Origin: the human T2T-CHM13v2.0 reference genome, Homo sapiens
DNA: 64,000 bases
Assembly: GCF_009914755.1 (NCBI RefSeq)
Contig: NC_060928.1
Reading direction: 5' to 3' (one strand)
Shown here piece by piece: positions 27,327 through 40,840 of the stretch; positions within the stretch are counted from its first letter, which is position 1; every line of letters starts with the position of its first letter. A program made the position numbers and the translations under genes. The notes under the pieces are model-generated. The model did not search any database, was not told the origin of the DNA, and saw nothing but the letters and a program-made list of their open reading frames with translations.

Positions 27327-28842
27327 TTATTATTATTTAGATTTATAAAATAATACATGAAATTTAATGGTTGGTCTATTATCAGCATATTTATCCATCT
27401 AATCAATATTCTTCCAATTCTGTTTCACCCATTTTTTAATTAGTTTAGTTATTAAATCAATAAAAAGTATTACTGCAGAATGCAAAAACATGAATGATTC
27501 TCACAGGCAATATATTGAAGGAAAAAGCCAAACATATTATCATCAGATGATTCCATTCATACAAAGTTTGAGACTAGACAAAATTTAATTTGTAGTGTAA
27601 GAAAGCAGAATTGTTATTATCTCTGGGAAGGACCATGAAAGAATATTCTGGAATAATGTATATTTTGTGTAAGGTATTTCACCCATTTTAATAGTTCATA
27701 AATTTATATTAGAAAGGTCAGCATTTCTCTTGAGGAATATATGAATATAACAATCCACAATATTTTTTCATCTGAAAAAAAACCTCCATAGAGTAATAAT
27801 TGTCAAATTTTGCATTATTATCTCTAAAAAGTAATGTCATTCTTCTTTGAATTTTTCTCTACATTATTTGTACAGTGTTAGAGAAAGTGTCCTTGCAAAC
27901 TGTATTTATGAGTAACATATTAGTTCAGCCTGAGAACAAAAAATTAATAATGTCATAGGAAACCATTGGAGTACTATAATAGTGTACAGATTTCAACATT
28001 CCTTTTGCCCATCAATTTGTTTAAGATTTGAAGCAGCTTTGGGAAATAATATTTATATTTAATATAATATTAAAATTTTAACATAGTTGTTACTTTTATT
28101 GAGATTACTTTCCTCTAATAGTTATTTTGGAGTTGTCACCATTACAACATAACAATTTATAGGTTTTGCTTATAAATTTTAATTTTAACTTTAATACAAC
28201 CCTGTTTTTTGGGTAAAAATGTGATATTACTACAGTATCTACTCATTAAAGTTAATAATATAAGGCTAAAACTCTTTTTCAAAATAAACAACGTTTGTTT
28301 GCATACTTATTCCCATAAAAATGGATAAAAACAGAAATTCTTTACAAGTTATTTCAACAGGCACAAAACTATGAATAATTTCTCGAATAATTATTCCCTT
28401 CTAAAGAAGCAAAAAAAAAAAAACAAAAACAAATTTTCCTCCATGAGCTTTTCAAGTTTTGTGTGATTCATTCATAGTAAAATTTGCTTTACCCATTTGT
28501 TTTTTACAAAAGGCAAATCATTTAATGACACACATGAGTGGAATAATCAGTCAAAACTAAAATTTTTATGACCTTGAGATAAGAAAATAAACACCCTGTC
28601 ATTTTTCTTTTATTTTCGTCTTTTCTACTTTTAACAGCCATACAGAAGTCTAAACTTACCACAGAGAAAGGCTGCTCCCATGTTATTTTATAAAGATGCA
28701 GAATATTATATAATTCAGCTTGGTATTAACATATTGAAATTAATTATTCTTAAAGTTATCTTAGAAGCTGAATGTGAAGGTTCATTTTAAAAATAGAGAA
28801 TTTAATTGTATTATAAACTCAATATTTAATAATTAAAATAGC

Positions 28843-29136
<294 letters not shown>

Positions 29137-29289
29137 TTAAATAACCACACAACTAAAAATGTGATATAAAATAGAACAATGAATTGAGTGATCTCTTTTA
29201 AAAGACCACTTTGATACTTCACTAAAGTTTAGTAATATAATTAATAATTAAAATCTTAGAAAGTTGTTCTTACTTATTATAATAGCATG

Positions 29290-29606
29290 TTTTCTTTTTT
29301 TCTTTTTTCTTTTTTTTTTTTTTTTTTTGAGACAGAGTCTCGCTTTGTTGCCCAGGCTGGAATGCAGTGGCTGGATCTCCGCTCACTGCAAGCTCCGCCT
29401 CCCGGGTTCACGGCCATTCTGCCTCAGCCTGCCAAGTAGCTGGAACTACAGGCACCCACCACCACGCCTGGCTAATTTTTTGTATTTTTAGTAGAGATGG
29501 GGTTTCACCGTGTTAGCCAGGATGGTCTCGATCTCCTGACCTTGTGATCCACCCGCCTGGCCTCCCAAAGTGCTGGGATTACAGGCGTGAGCCACTGCAC
29601 CCGGCC
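29290..29606 (-). mobile_element. AluY
   Basis: 'gcaagctccgcctcccgggttcac', 'ccgtgttagccaggatggtctcgatc'; long T tail. Confidence 0.95.
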
Positions 29607-29969
29607 TATTTTTTTTCTTTAACAATAGTAAAATAGACTTTTTTCACCAAAGATGTTCTGTTTTAGAAAATAAGCAAAGCAAATAAAATTTAAATGATAA
29701 AATAAGAAAATAATTGAACCTGAAGGATAAGGGAAATTAGTTCTTTAACAGACATTCATAATCTTATATATAGTCTAATCTCACTAAAAATATTATCCTA
29801 TAGATTATTCCATCTTTCTACTCATTTTTCGAATTACTATTTTTATGATAATATAGTCATATAATTTTTCCAATTTTCTTATATTTCATTGATATATTGG
29901 TGCCTACTGGCAAATATATATATTTGAAAAAGAAATATAGATATCTAGATGTTTATATATAAATATGTA

Positions 29970-30285
29970 TTTTTTTCTTTCTTTCTTTCTTTTTTTTTTT
30001 TGGAAATGGATTCTCGCTCTATCACCCAGGCTAGAGTGCAGTGGCACAATCTCAGCTCACGGCAACCTCTGCCTCCCGGGTTCAAGCAATTATCATGCCT
30101 CAGCCTCCCCGAGTAGCTGGGATTACAGGCATGAGCCACCACACCTGGCTAACTTTTGTATTTTTAGTATAGACAGGGTTTCACCATGTTGGCCAGGCTG
30201 ATCTCAAACTCCTGACCTCAAGTGATCTGCCCGCCTCGGCCTCCCAAAGTGCTGAGATTACAGGCATGAGCCCCCACACCCAGCC
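29970..30285 (-). mobile_element. AluS (Sx/Sz-like)
   Basis: 'ccatgttggccaggctg..ctcaaactcctgacctcaagtgatc'; full dimer. Confidence 0.95.
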
Positions 30286-31328
30286 CTAGGAAATAGACAT
30301 GCTGTTTAATAAACATAACTTTATAATAATTTTGGCTATTTGGCACAGTTCATCTTTTTTTTTTCAAAATACCTGTGCTAATTCTGTGTCTATTTTTCCC
30401 AGATGAATATGACAGAACTTGTTTTATTTCTAATAAATCTGTTGAAATAGTGATTAAGATTCATTATCTGAGAACACCATTTAATCAGAAATTCTGTTAT
30501 TCTGTAAATTTTACAATTTTCAAAATATAAATATTAAGTATTTTGTGTTAAGATTATTGCTAGGTAGTTTTATTGGTCTGATAATTGAATTAGTTTTCTT
30601 TTGTGTAATTAACTTGGTTATTGCTAATGAATTTAAATTATACTTGTTTAATGTTTATTTTGCCACATACAAAAAGTCTTACTTTGTTCCTTCTCATAAT
30701 TTGACAGCAGCTTCTCTTGGATTTTAAATGTAGAAATCTGATAACTTCCTTTATAGTATCAATGTCTCTTCACTTTTTTAGGTCCCTAAAGTTACCTGAT
30801 TTTGTGTGCAAGACCCTCATAATGTTCTCTTTTTTATTAATACACAAAAATTGTACATAAATATGGGGCATGTGATATTTTGATATATGCACAAAATGTT
30901 TAATGATCAAATCCGAGTATTTGGGATATATATCACTTCAAAGATTTATCAATTCTTTGTGTTGGGAAGATTTAAATGGTTATCTTCTAGCTATTTTGAA
31001 ATATACAATACATTATTGTTAGTTATAGTAACCCTACTATACTATCGAACACTAGGACATCTTCCTTCTATCAGACTGTATGTTTGTACCCATTAACCAA
31101 CCTCTCCTCATCCCCTTCACCACCACCTTTCCCAGGCTGTGGTAACCATCATTCTACTCTCTATCTCCATGAGAACCACTTTTTTAGTTCCTGCATATAG
31201 TGAGAACATGAAATATTTGTCCCTCTGCACCTGGCTTATTTCACTTAACATAATGACCTCCAGTTCCATCCATGTTGCTTCCAAAGACAGGATTTTATTT
31301 CTTTTTATGACAGAATAGTATTTCATTT

Positions 31329-31395
<67 letters not shown>

Positions 31396-31477
31396 TATAT
31401 ATATATACACACATAAGTACATATACATATATATGCACATATGTATACATGTATACATACATACATATATACACATA

Positions 31478-31513
<36 letters not shown>

Positions 31514-31542
31514 CACACTATACTCACACACACACACACATA
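31329..31542. repeat. Compound (TG)n(TA)n(CA)n microsatellite
   Basis: (TG)7(TA)19(CA)7 at 31329-31394, then further TA/CA/TG tracts. Confidence 0.97.
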
Positions 31543-31746
31543 CCACATTTTAAAAATCCATTTATCCATTAATGATAGAATCCAGGTTGATTCTATATCT
31601 TTGCTATTGTGAATAGTGCTACAGTAAACAGGAGGCAGGGAAGTATCTCTTTGATATACAGATCTGCTTTCCTTTGGATAAATACCTAATAGTTGGATTA
31701 CTGGATTGCATGGTAGTTCTATTTTTATTTTTTTGAGAAATCATAT

Positions 31747-32122
31747 TGTATAAGTCCATTTTCATGCTGCTATGAAGAAATACCTGAGACTCCGTGATTT
31801 GAAAAGGAAAGAGGCTTAATTGACTCACAGTTCTGCATTGCTTGGAGACCTCAGGAAACTTACAATCATGGCAGAAGGCAACGGAGAAGCAGGCACCTTC
31901 TTCATAGGCTGGCAGGATGGAGTGAGTGCAAGCAGGTGAAATGCCAGACTCTTATAAAACCATCAGATCTTGTGAGACTCACTCATTATCATGAGAAAGC
32001 CATGGGGAAAACTGCCCCCATGATCCAATTACCTCCACCTGGTACTGCCCTTGACCCAGGGGGATAATGGTGGTTACAATTCAAGGTAGATTTCAATGGG
32101 GACAGAGAGCCAAACCATGTCA
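31747..32122 (-). mobile_element. THE1C/D MaLR solo LTR inserted in L1MA
   Basis: 'aattgactcacagttc', 'ggaaacttacaatcatggcagaagg', 'gagccaaaccatgtca'; degenerate 5-bp TSD catat/catgc. Confidence 0.92.
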
Positions 32123-34614
32123 CATGCTGTTTTCCATAATGGCTATCTTTACATTCCCACCAACAGTGTAAAACTTCTCTTTATATCCTTGACAGAATTT
32201 ATTACTTTTTTGTCTTTATTCATAGCAGCCATTCTCGCTGGGATGAGATATTTCATTGTGGTTTTGATTTGCGTTTCCCTGATGATTAGCGAGTTTAGCA
32301 TTTTTTATATACCTGTTGTCCAATTGCATGTCTTCTTTTGAGAAATATCTATTCAGAAACTTTTCCAAACCTTTTAAATGAGATTATATCTTTGCTGATG
32401 TTTGAGTTCCTTGTATATTCTAGATATTAGTCCCTTGTTGGATGAATAGTTTAAAAATATATTTCCCATTCTTTGTGTTGTCTCTTCATTTCGTTGATAG
32501 TTTTGTTGCTATGCAGAAGCTTTTAATATAGTCCCATTCACCTTTTTATGTTTTTGTTGCCTGCTCTTTTGATTATCTTAACCATAAAATATTTGCCTAG
32601 ACCAATGTCCTAAAGTTTTTCTCATGTTTTCTTCTAGTTGTTTTATAATTTCAGGTCTTATGTTTAAGTATTTAATCCCCTTTGAATTAACTTTTGTATA
32701 TGGTGAGAGGTAGAGATATATTTGTATCCTTCTCTATATTGACATCTTGTTTTCACAATACCATTTATTGAAGAGAGTTTCCTTCCCCCAGTGTATGTTC
32801 ATAGCAACTGGTCAAAAATTAGTCAGGTGTAAATACAGATTTATTTTAAGCTTTTCTATTCTTCTCCATTTTTCTGTGTGTCTAATTTTATAACAATGCC
32901 ATGCGTTTTAGTTACTCTAGCTTTATAATACATTTTGAAATTGGGTATTGCGATACCACCAGCTTTGTTTTGCTTGGTATTTCGATGGTCATTTGAGTCT
33001 TTTGTGGTTCCATACAAATTTTAGGATTGCTTTTTTCTATTTTTGTGATGAATGTTATTGGCATTCAAATAGGGATTGCATTAAATTCAAAGATTACTTT
33101 GGGGAGGATGGGCATTTTAACAATATCAATTCTTGTGAACATGAGCATGGGATATTTTTCCACTTGTTTGTGTTTTCTTCAATTTCTTTCATTAGCGTTT
33201 TGTGGTTTTTCTTATACAGGTCTTCACTTCCTTGGTTATATTTATTCCTAAGTATTTAATCTTTTGTAGCTATCGTAAATGGGATTGTCTTCTTGATTTC
33301 TTTTTCAGCTGACCCATTATTGGTGTATAGAAATGCTACTGATATTTATATGTTGATTTTGTATTCTGCAACTTTATACAATTTATCAGTTCTAAGAGTG
33401 TTTTGGTGAAGCCTTTAGGTTTTTTTATGAGTTTATGTTGTCTTCAAAGAAGGACAATTTGACTTCCTCTTTTCCAGTTTGACTGCATGGTATTTCTTTT
33501 TCTTGTCTGTATTGCTCAAGCTAGGATTTTCAGTATTACATTAAATGACAGTGGTGATGGTGGATGTTTGTCTTGTTCTAGTTCTTAGCAGAAAGGCTTT
33601 CAGCTTTTTCCCTTTCAGTATAATGTTAGCTGTGGATTTGTAATATATGGCCTTAATTATGTTGAGGTATGTTCCTTTTATGCCTAATTTGTTGAGAATT
33701 TCTATCATGAAGGAAATTTGAATATTATGAAATGCCTTTTATACATCTATTGAGGTAATCCTATGGTTTTTGTCCTTTACCCTATTGATTTGATGTATCA
33801 TGTTTGTTGATGTGCATATGTTGAGCCATTCTTGTATCCCAGGGATAAATACCACTTGATCATGGTGTATTATCTTTTCAAATTATTGTTGGATTCAGTA
33901 TGCTAGTATTTTCTTGAGAATTTTTGCATGTATGTTCATCAGGATATTGGCCTGAAGTTTTCTTTTAGTCATTATAGAATCCCTATGTAACTTGCTTTCA
34001 GGGTAATAGTGACCTCATAGAATGAATTAGGAAGAAGTCCCTCCTCCTCCATTTTTTTATTAATAGACAAGAATTGGTATAAGTTCTTCTTTACAAGTTT
34101 GATAGAATTCTATCATAAAGCCATGTGGTCCTGGGCTTTTGTTTGATGAAGATGTTTACTACTGATAGTCTTGTGACTCATTATTAGTCTATTTAGGCTT
34201 TCTATTTCTTCCTGATTCAATCTTGGTAGGTTGTCTGTGTCCAGGAACTTATCCATTTCTTCTAGGTTTTAAAATTTGTTAGCATATAGTTGTTCATAAT
34301 AATCTCTAATGACTTTTTTTTACTTTGATGGAAGTTGTAATATTGCCTTTTTATTTCTCATTTTTTGTCCTCTATTTTTTCTTGGTTAGTCTGGCTAGCT
34401 ATTTATCAATTGTATTTATCTTTTTAACAAACCAACACTGCATTTTGTTGATCCTTTGTAATTTTTAGTCTCTATTTCATTTGTTCTTCTCTGATCTTTA
34501 TTATTTCTTTCCTTTTACCAATTTTGGGTTTGATTTCTTCTTGCATTTCTAGTTCTTTAAGGTGCATTGTTAAAATTTTTATTTGAATTATTTCTACTTT
34601 TTAATAAAGGTGAT

Positions 34615-35054
34615 GCAGGCATAGAAAGACAAGTACTGCATATTGTCACTCATATGTGAGTGCCAAAAAAGTTGATCTCATGGAAGTAGAGAGTGGAATG
34701 AGGGTGACCAGAGGCTTGTAAGGGTAGTGAGGCAGAAGTCCTAAAGATAAATTGGTAAATGGGTACAAAAATACAAGCAGATGGAATAAGTTCCAGCCTT
34801 TGGTAGCAATGCAGGGTGACTATAGTTAACAATAATTTATTGTGTATTTCAAAATAATTAGAGGAGTGGATTTTCAATGTTTTCTCAACTCAAAAAGTGA
34901 TAAATGTTTTAAGTGATAGATATAGCAATTACCCTAATTTGATTATTACACATTGTATGGTTGTATCAAAATATTACATGCACTCCATAAAAATATACAA
35001 CTATTACCTATCCATGAAAACTAAAAATTAAATAAACATAAAATATTTAAAAAA
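34615..35054 (+). mobile_element. L1MA 3' end abutting the antisense L1MA
   Basis: 'gaaagacaagtactgcat', 'gggtgactatagttaacaataatttattg', A-rich end. Confidence 0.85.
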
Positions 35055-36116
35055 TGACTGGGGACTTGTCTGATAGATCATAGGAAAAAATAAATACAAA
35101 TAACTTTAAAAAATCCTAATTTTAATTGCTAATACATTATTTCCAAAATACAGTCATGAGATTTATTTTTTCACTAGAAATGAGATAATGTCAAAATGTG
35201 ATATAATCTCAGAGTTAAATGAGATAATATTGTGATGCTCAGTATATGAGGAAAGGAACGTTCCTATACATTTTTTCCAAGTAATTACTTAATAACTCTC
35301 AAGATTACAACTTGTCATAATTATAATTACAATTAATATCACTTGAATTGATTTAGCAACTCAATTTTTAGGCATTATTTTACACATAGCATTGATCCCA
35401 TGGGCACACATGTAAAAATAGGTATTTATAATGTCATTCATTGAAATATATTTGTAGTAACAGAATATTATGAACAAATTTAATGTTCATCAACAGAAAA
35501 CTGATTTAATAATGTATATGTTCACGCAGTAGAATACTATGAAACAAAGAAAATAATGCAAACTAAAACAAATAGACAAAAATCGTGTGTCACTGCTGCC
35601 AGGGAGGTGAAAACTACTCCCAAGTATAATACCACATGAAAAAGCAACTTGTAGAACAAAGTCTGTGATGTATAGCACCTGGGATGGAAAGACAAAAGGA
35701 AAAGATAAATGATAATAGCTGGGCTAATACTCAAGCAAAGTCTCAATAATTTTTACCCCTATGGTAACAACTATGAAAATTTGAGTCCCAAGGGAAACAA
35801 GGCCAGTGGAAGGTTTACTGTTCAACAGATTAACACCTGTGTAGATTGAATTTTAATTTATCTTTGTGTATATTACCTATTCCAAAACAACTTAATAATT
35901 TTAAATACATTTACAACACGTGAACTTGCTTGACTTGACTTGAAACCAAATCTTAGTTAAATCCAAAGTAAGACTTGTTAATATGCTACTTTAATTTTAA
36001 AAATAATGTTTTCAAAACTCACTAAATCAAAACATTAATTTAGCAACATACTGTGTCACAGAAGTTTCTGTATGATTCATGAAATCAAAGCACTACATAG
36101 TAAAAATGTGCTTTGT

Positions 36117-36423
36117 GGCCAGGCACGGTGGCTCACGCCTGTAATCCCAGCACATTGGGAGGCTGAGGCGGGTGGATCACGAGGTCAGGAATCGAGACCA
36201 TCCTGGCTAACACGTTGAAACCCCGTCTCTACTAAAAAAATACAAAAAATTAGCTGGGCGTGGTGGCGGGCACCTGTAGTCCCAGCTAATCGGGAGGCTG
36301 AGGCAGGAGAATGGCATGAACCCAGGAGGCGGAGGTTGCAGTGGGCCAAGATCGCGCCACTGCACTACAGCCTGGGCGACAGAGCGAGACTCCATCTCAA
36401 AACAAAACAAAACAAAACAAAAC
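36117..36423 (+). mobile_element. AluY with (CAAAA)n tail
   Basis: 'ccatcctggctaacac', 'gagaatggcatgaacc'; TSD core tgtgctttgt at 36107-36116 and 36426-36435. Confidence 0.95.
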
Positions 36424-36670
36424 ACTGTGCTTTGTGCTAAATAACTAAATATATAATAACCACTTGTAACAACTGAAAAATTCTTTGAACCACTAATATA
36501 TATTGCTATATGCGTAAAATATTTAGAAGCAAAGGATATTCCTGTTCTCTCTAATACATAATTCTTGGTTATTTTATTATTTTGTGAATGACATCTGACT
36601 TTCAAGAAGATTATTTATTTTTAAACAGCAAACGCAAACCACAAAGATAGAACAAGGTTCCCTTTTAAAG

Positions 36671-37357
36671 TTGCATGACTTTCAAAGTTATAGTTCTCTT
36701 TTGATCCAAGTATATATTTGAGTATCTATTTCCCTTCATACTTTTGACATGTTAGTAATGAGTTGAAACCCAGTCTGATGGCTAATATTGTCTTAACATG
36801 ATGCATTTGCTTTAACGAAGCATTATGACAAATACTTTTTGATTGCAACATAGTTTTCTTCATTGGTTGTTCAAAAGTGACCAATTTTAGTAGCTACTCT
36901 GAAATATGTAGAAATATATGTTTCAATCCAAGTTAATACATTGTTAATGCATTTCAAGTGTTTGTGCAGAGTCAACATGGAAATTGAATTTCATTTGAAA
37001 GCAAAAACAAGTTACCACTTCTCACTGAAGTGTTTATGAATATGTAAATGTTAGTCTAAATCATAGTATAGAGATCTTTTCTGAGGCATCTTTAATTATC
37101 TGAAAGGATAAATATGAGACTCATTGTCATTTGTAAGGGAAAATGACAGGCTGTAATAAAAGGAATGAATGCTAAGCATAGATTTAAAAACTGTATTACA
37201 TTAAACAATGTGAAAGAGGATATGGAAATACTAAAGATCTCAGGAGACCCAGATAACATTTAACATAGACTCTTTCAGTAATTACTCATATTGTATGACT
37301 TTCAAAGTTATAGTTCTCTTTTGATCCAAGCATATATTTGAGTATCTATTTCCCTTC
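36671..37357 (+). repeat. Dispersed 67-bp direct repeat (36671-36737 and 37291-37357)
   Basis: ttg(c/t)atgactttcaaagttatagttctcttttgatccaag(t/c)atatatttgagtatctatttcccttc; 2 mismatches; offset 620 bp. Confidence 0.97.
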
Positions 37358-40300
37358 TATTTTATTTTATCTATTTTAACTTCTATTTCCTCTTGATTTG
37401 CTGTTAACTGGTTATAATACATACCTTACCAACTTCCAATATTGGTTGTAATGACAAAACAGTGAACTATATATGAAAAATCTTTAAGAGTTATATAAAA
37501 CACCAATTAAACATATTATTTTTATAATTCTAGAAGTATTTTTATTATTTCATAGTTGTGATGACTGAACTAACAATAACCCAAGTAATTAAAACAAATT
37601 TTTATTAGTATTTATTAAATAATCTATAAGTGACTATGAATAATTTGCCATTAACTGTCCTGGAAAGAAGGAAGCTTGGTTTCAGCATCCTATGCCTCTG
37701 GAAAAGAAGAAAACATAAGAGAATCATTAAACCTTTTAAAAGAGACTGGGAGAAGTATTGATGAATTTCTCATAAATCTATTTTCCCTTGTACTATAACA
37801 GTACTCTCCAGTTTCTACGTGCATTGGAAAAAAAGTTTTGATTTTGTTTGACTTAGGAAGCTAACTTTTTTGTGAAAGAGACAGATACTCATTGTCCTTC
37901 CCAGCTCTTCTTGGATGGTTTGGAAAGAGCTTTCCTCTAATTCTGATCAGAAGTAGCAGCAACAGCTGGTTCTCCTCCCTCTGATGGAGATTACCACCAT
38001 TTCCTTTCCCACCCCAGCTGACGACGGTGTCTATTATTTATGATCATTAGATTACACTCATCCCTCAGCTTTTGGGCAGGTATACAAAACCAAATCAGCA
38101 CATCAATCTTTTCCTCTCTGAGTTTCCAGTCTACGGATTCACACCTGCCTCTTTCCCATATTTATTAGGCAAAAGCCTGAATCCACAGATGGGCCTTAAA
38201 CTGTGAAGGAAAGGAAAACAAAATTTGGAAGAATCAAATGCTACAGATAATTTCATAATCTTGATTATATTTTTTAAAAAGTAAAAAAGATTAGCAGTTG
38301 ATATTCTACCATTGCGATTCTCATTAGCAATGTTTAATTCTTACTAAACATTTTTAGATGAAAATGCAATAACATCTGTAAATACAAAAAATAAAATTTA
38401 TGTTTAAATTTATTAATATACATGGGGAAAGAAAATCCTTTCCGATTTAGTAAAGAAACAAATACTAATTCCTTGTAGAAACACTGAGTAGGCCTAACGG
38501 ATAGTTTAGAAACTGGGAGAGGGGCTAAACGTTGTTCACAAAGAAAATACATGAAGGTGTTCCTAAGCAAATGCACCAAGATAACTCTATTGAAATAATT
38601 CCATGAAATTCAAGTTCAGTATTATCTCCACTTACCCAGTTGCTGCAAAGCTTAAAGTATTTCTATAGTCATACCCACATGTACAAAATCATCTTGATGC
38701 TTGGTTAATATTATTGATTGCCTTAAGAACTGCAATTAACTAAGTTATTTGGCCTTTTATAGGAGACGTAAATTGCTGGATACTGTATCTTAAACATAAG
38801 AAATATAAAACTAAGTTTGTAACTTCTGCAGTGTATAACATAAATCAACATTGAGGCCAGGACTTTCCTTTAGGGTTCTATTTACAAAGCCACTATAATT
38901 GAATGAAAAGTAAGAATGGTGAGGGTAAGACCCTGTGAAGAGGGCTTTATTTCTGAACTAAAGATAGATTTTTAAATACGTGCCCTCTCACATAGCCTTC
39001 ACCTGAGTTTCTAGCAGCAGCTGTGCCTTGAAGTGCACACAGGAGCTATGAAACTCTAAGGGGAATAAAAGGACTAAAAGAGGAAAAAAAGTTCAAGACG
39101 TTTAAGTCAACACTATAATTATGTAGAAATAAATATAACATGTAACATATCAATTCTGATAATAGCCTCAATATGTCATCTACTTATAATTTCCCTGCTT
39201 TTAAGTAGCTTATACTGAATCAAATCGAAGTTATAGTGAAACGAACCAAGGCCAAAACTGTTTAATTGTTTAGACTTTAAGTGAATTAATGTCACCTAAC
39301 TGCTTAAGTGAATAATTATGAGGATTTTAAAGCCCAAAATTTTCTTCAAATTTCTGTCTCTATTGTTATTTTTATATATCTGCAGTATATTTTAAATAGT
39401 AACATTTCTTTATACACATCATTATTTCCTTATCTTTCTTCATATTCATATCAATCTATCTAACTTAAGGCTCTCAGAATAACAACAAAGTATTTCAAGT
39501 TTTCAGTCTTAGAATTGTCAACTTGTTAAAAAAAAAACCCATGTTATAAGTCATTTGAAATGACAACTTAATATTAACAAAAGGTCTACATAGAAAATAC
39601 TGATTCAGGAAACAGAATATAGGGAGGGAACTGGGAGCTAGTTCCCGAAACCCCACTGCTCTGAGCTGGGGATGGGTTGGGGTTAGGGCTAGTAAAAACA
39701 CCATGAATTTTCCTATTTTTTTGAATGTGGCTTTTTCTTAGTTGGATATTTATTTGTTTGTTGTAGACCTTTGGCTGTTTTTCTGAGTTCCTATAAAGTT
39801 ATTTTAGCCAGTCTCTAGTTTTTTATTTTATTTTAACGTTTCTGTTTTGTTTTTATTATTATTATTTTAATGCCTCTGGTATAAGAGGGCCTGGAACTTC
39901 TTGGTTCCAGCCATATGGCTGAAATCACTCCTCTGGAGCTATTTTTAAAGAAATATTTTGGCTCAACAAAATTAAACACTGGCATATCAAGTAAATTGGA
40001 GTAAATCAATGAATGGGTCTTCACCTAAAACCATGTGATTTTCTTATAACATAGTGATCGTGTATGCTGGATTTAAAAAAATAGCAATTATACCAATAAG
40101 GAGTTTTTGTCCAAAAACTTGTCGAAAATTGTTAACTGTATCAAACATGTAAGATCATTAAAGTAATGTCTCTTGGACGGCCATAATCCTTATTCTACAT
40201 CTCGGACAACTTAGCGCAACACATTTTCCATCTCAGTGACCTACATCTTGGGTAAAAAGCTGTTGCAATGAATTATGATAATATGTATATCATAACATAG

Positions 40301-40797
40301 TTAGCAAATTTAACTTGTATTAAACACTAGGTTAAACACGTTTAGTGTTAGCAACTCTATGTCATATAAACACGTGTGATGGAAAATGCCATAAGGAATG
40401 TGATAGATATCAGGTACAAATGTAGATTCAAACAGCATGTGATCCTAACTTCCATATGTAAATGCTGGTAGTCCTGAGGATTCACTTATTACAATGTTTG
40501 AAATCTGCTATTACTTATAGTAATCAATGGCACTTTTAATACCTTTACTTCTCTTCAACTTTCCTTTTTTATGATTTATATCTCTCAAATATTTCAGCCT
40601 GTCCATCATTTATTTCGGTAATGTATGTGTCTTTTCCAAAACTGACAGAAGATGATCTTGAAGGTTATAATGAAATTATCACTTGAAAATAAAAATGCAA
40701 TATTCCCTTTTAACCCATGTAACATAAAGCTGTCTTAGCACTTTCTTACAAGTAGGATAAAAATGCACAAATTTTTCAATTATGCTAAAAACTAACA

Positions 40798-40840
40798 TTA
40801 GGTTGATGGAAAACCCGCAATTACATTTGCACCAACCTAA
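40798..40840. mobile_element. Internally deleted MADE1 (Hsmar1-derived MITE)
   Basis: 'ttaggttg' joined to 'atggaaaacccgcaattacatttgcaccaacctaa': right TIR nearly intact, left TIR cut to 8 nt. Confidence 0.85.

Larger units (their letters stand above)
30829..34608 (-). mobile_element. L1MA (about MA4-6) 3' UTR plus ~2.5 kb ORF2, interrupted by a microsatellite and THE1
   Basis: Antisense L1MA 3' end at 30829-31320; ORF2p remnant 'ATWMELEVIMLSEISQ'; continuous antisense ORF2 to ~34608. Confidence 0.9.

Noticed and set aside
31117-31612. Overlapping ORFs up to 150 aa
   Set aside because: Artefacts of TA/TG/CA microsatellite plus L1 sequence.
40798-40840. Possible miR-548-type hairpin from MADE1
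   Set aside because: Most of the left arm is deleted, leaving only an 8-bp stem.
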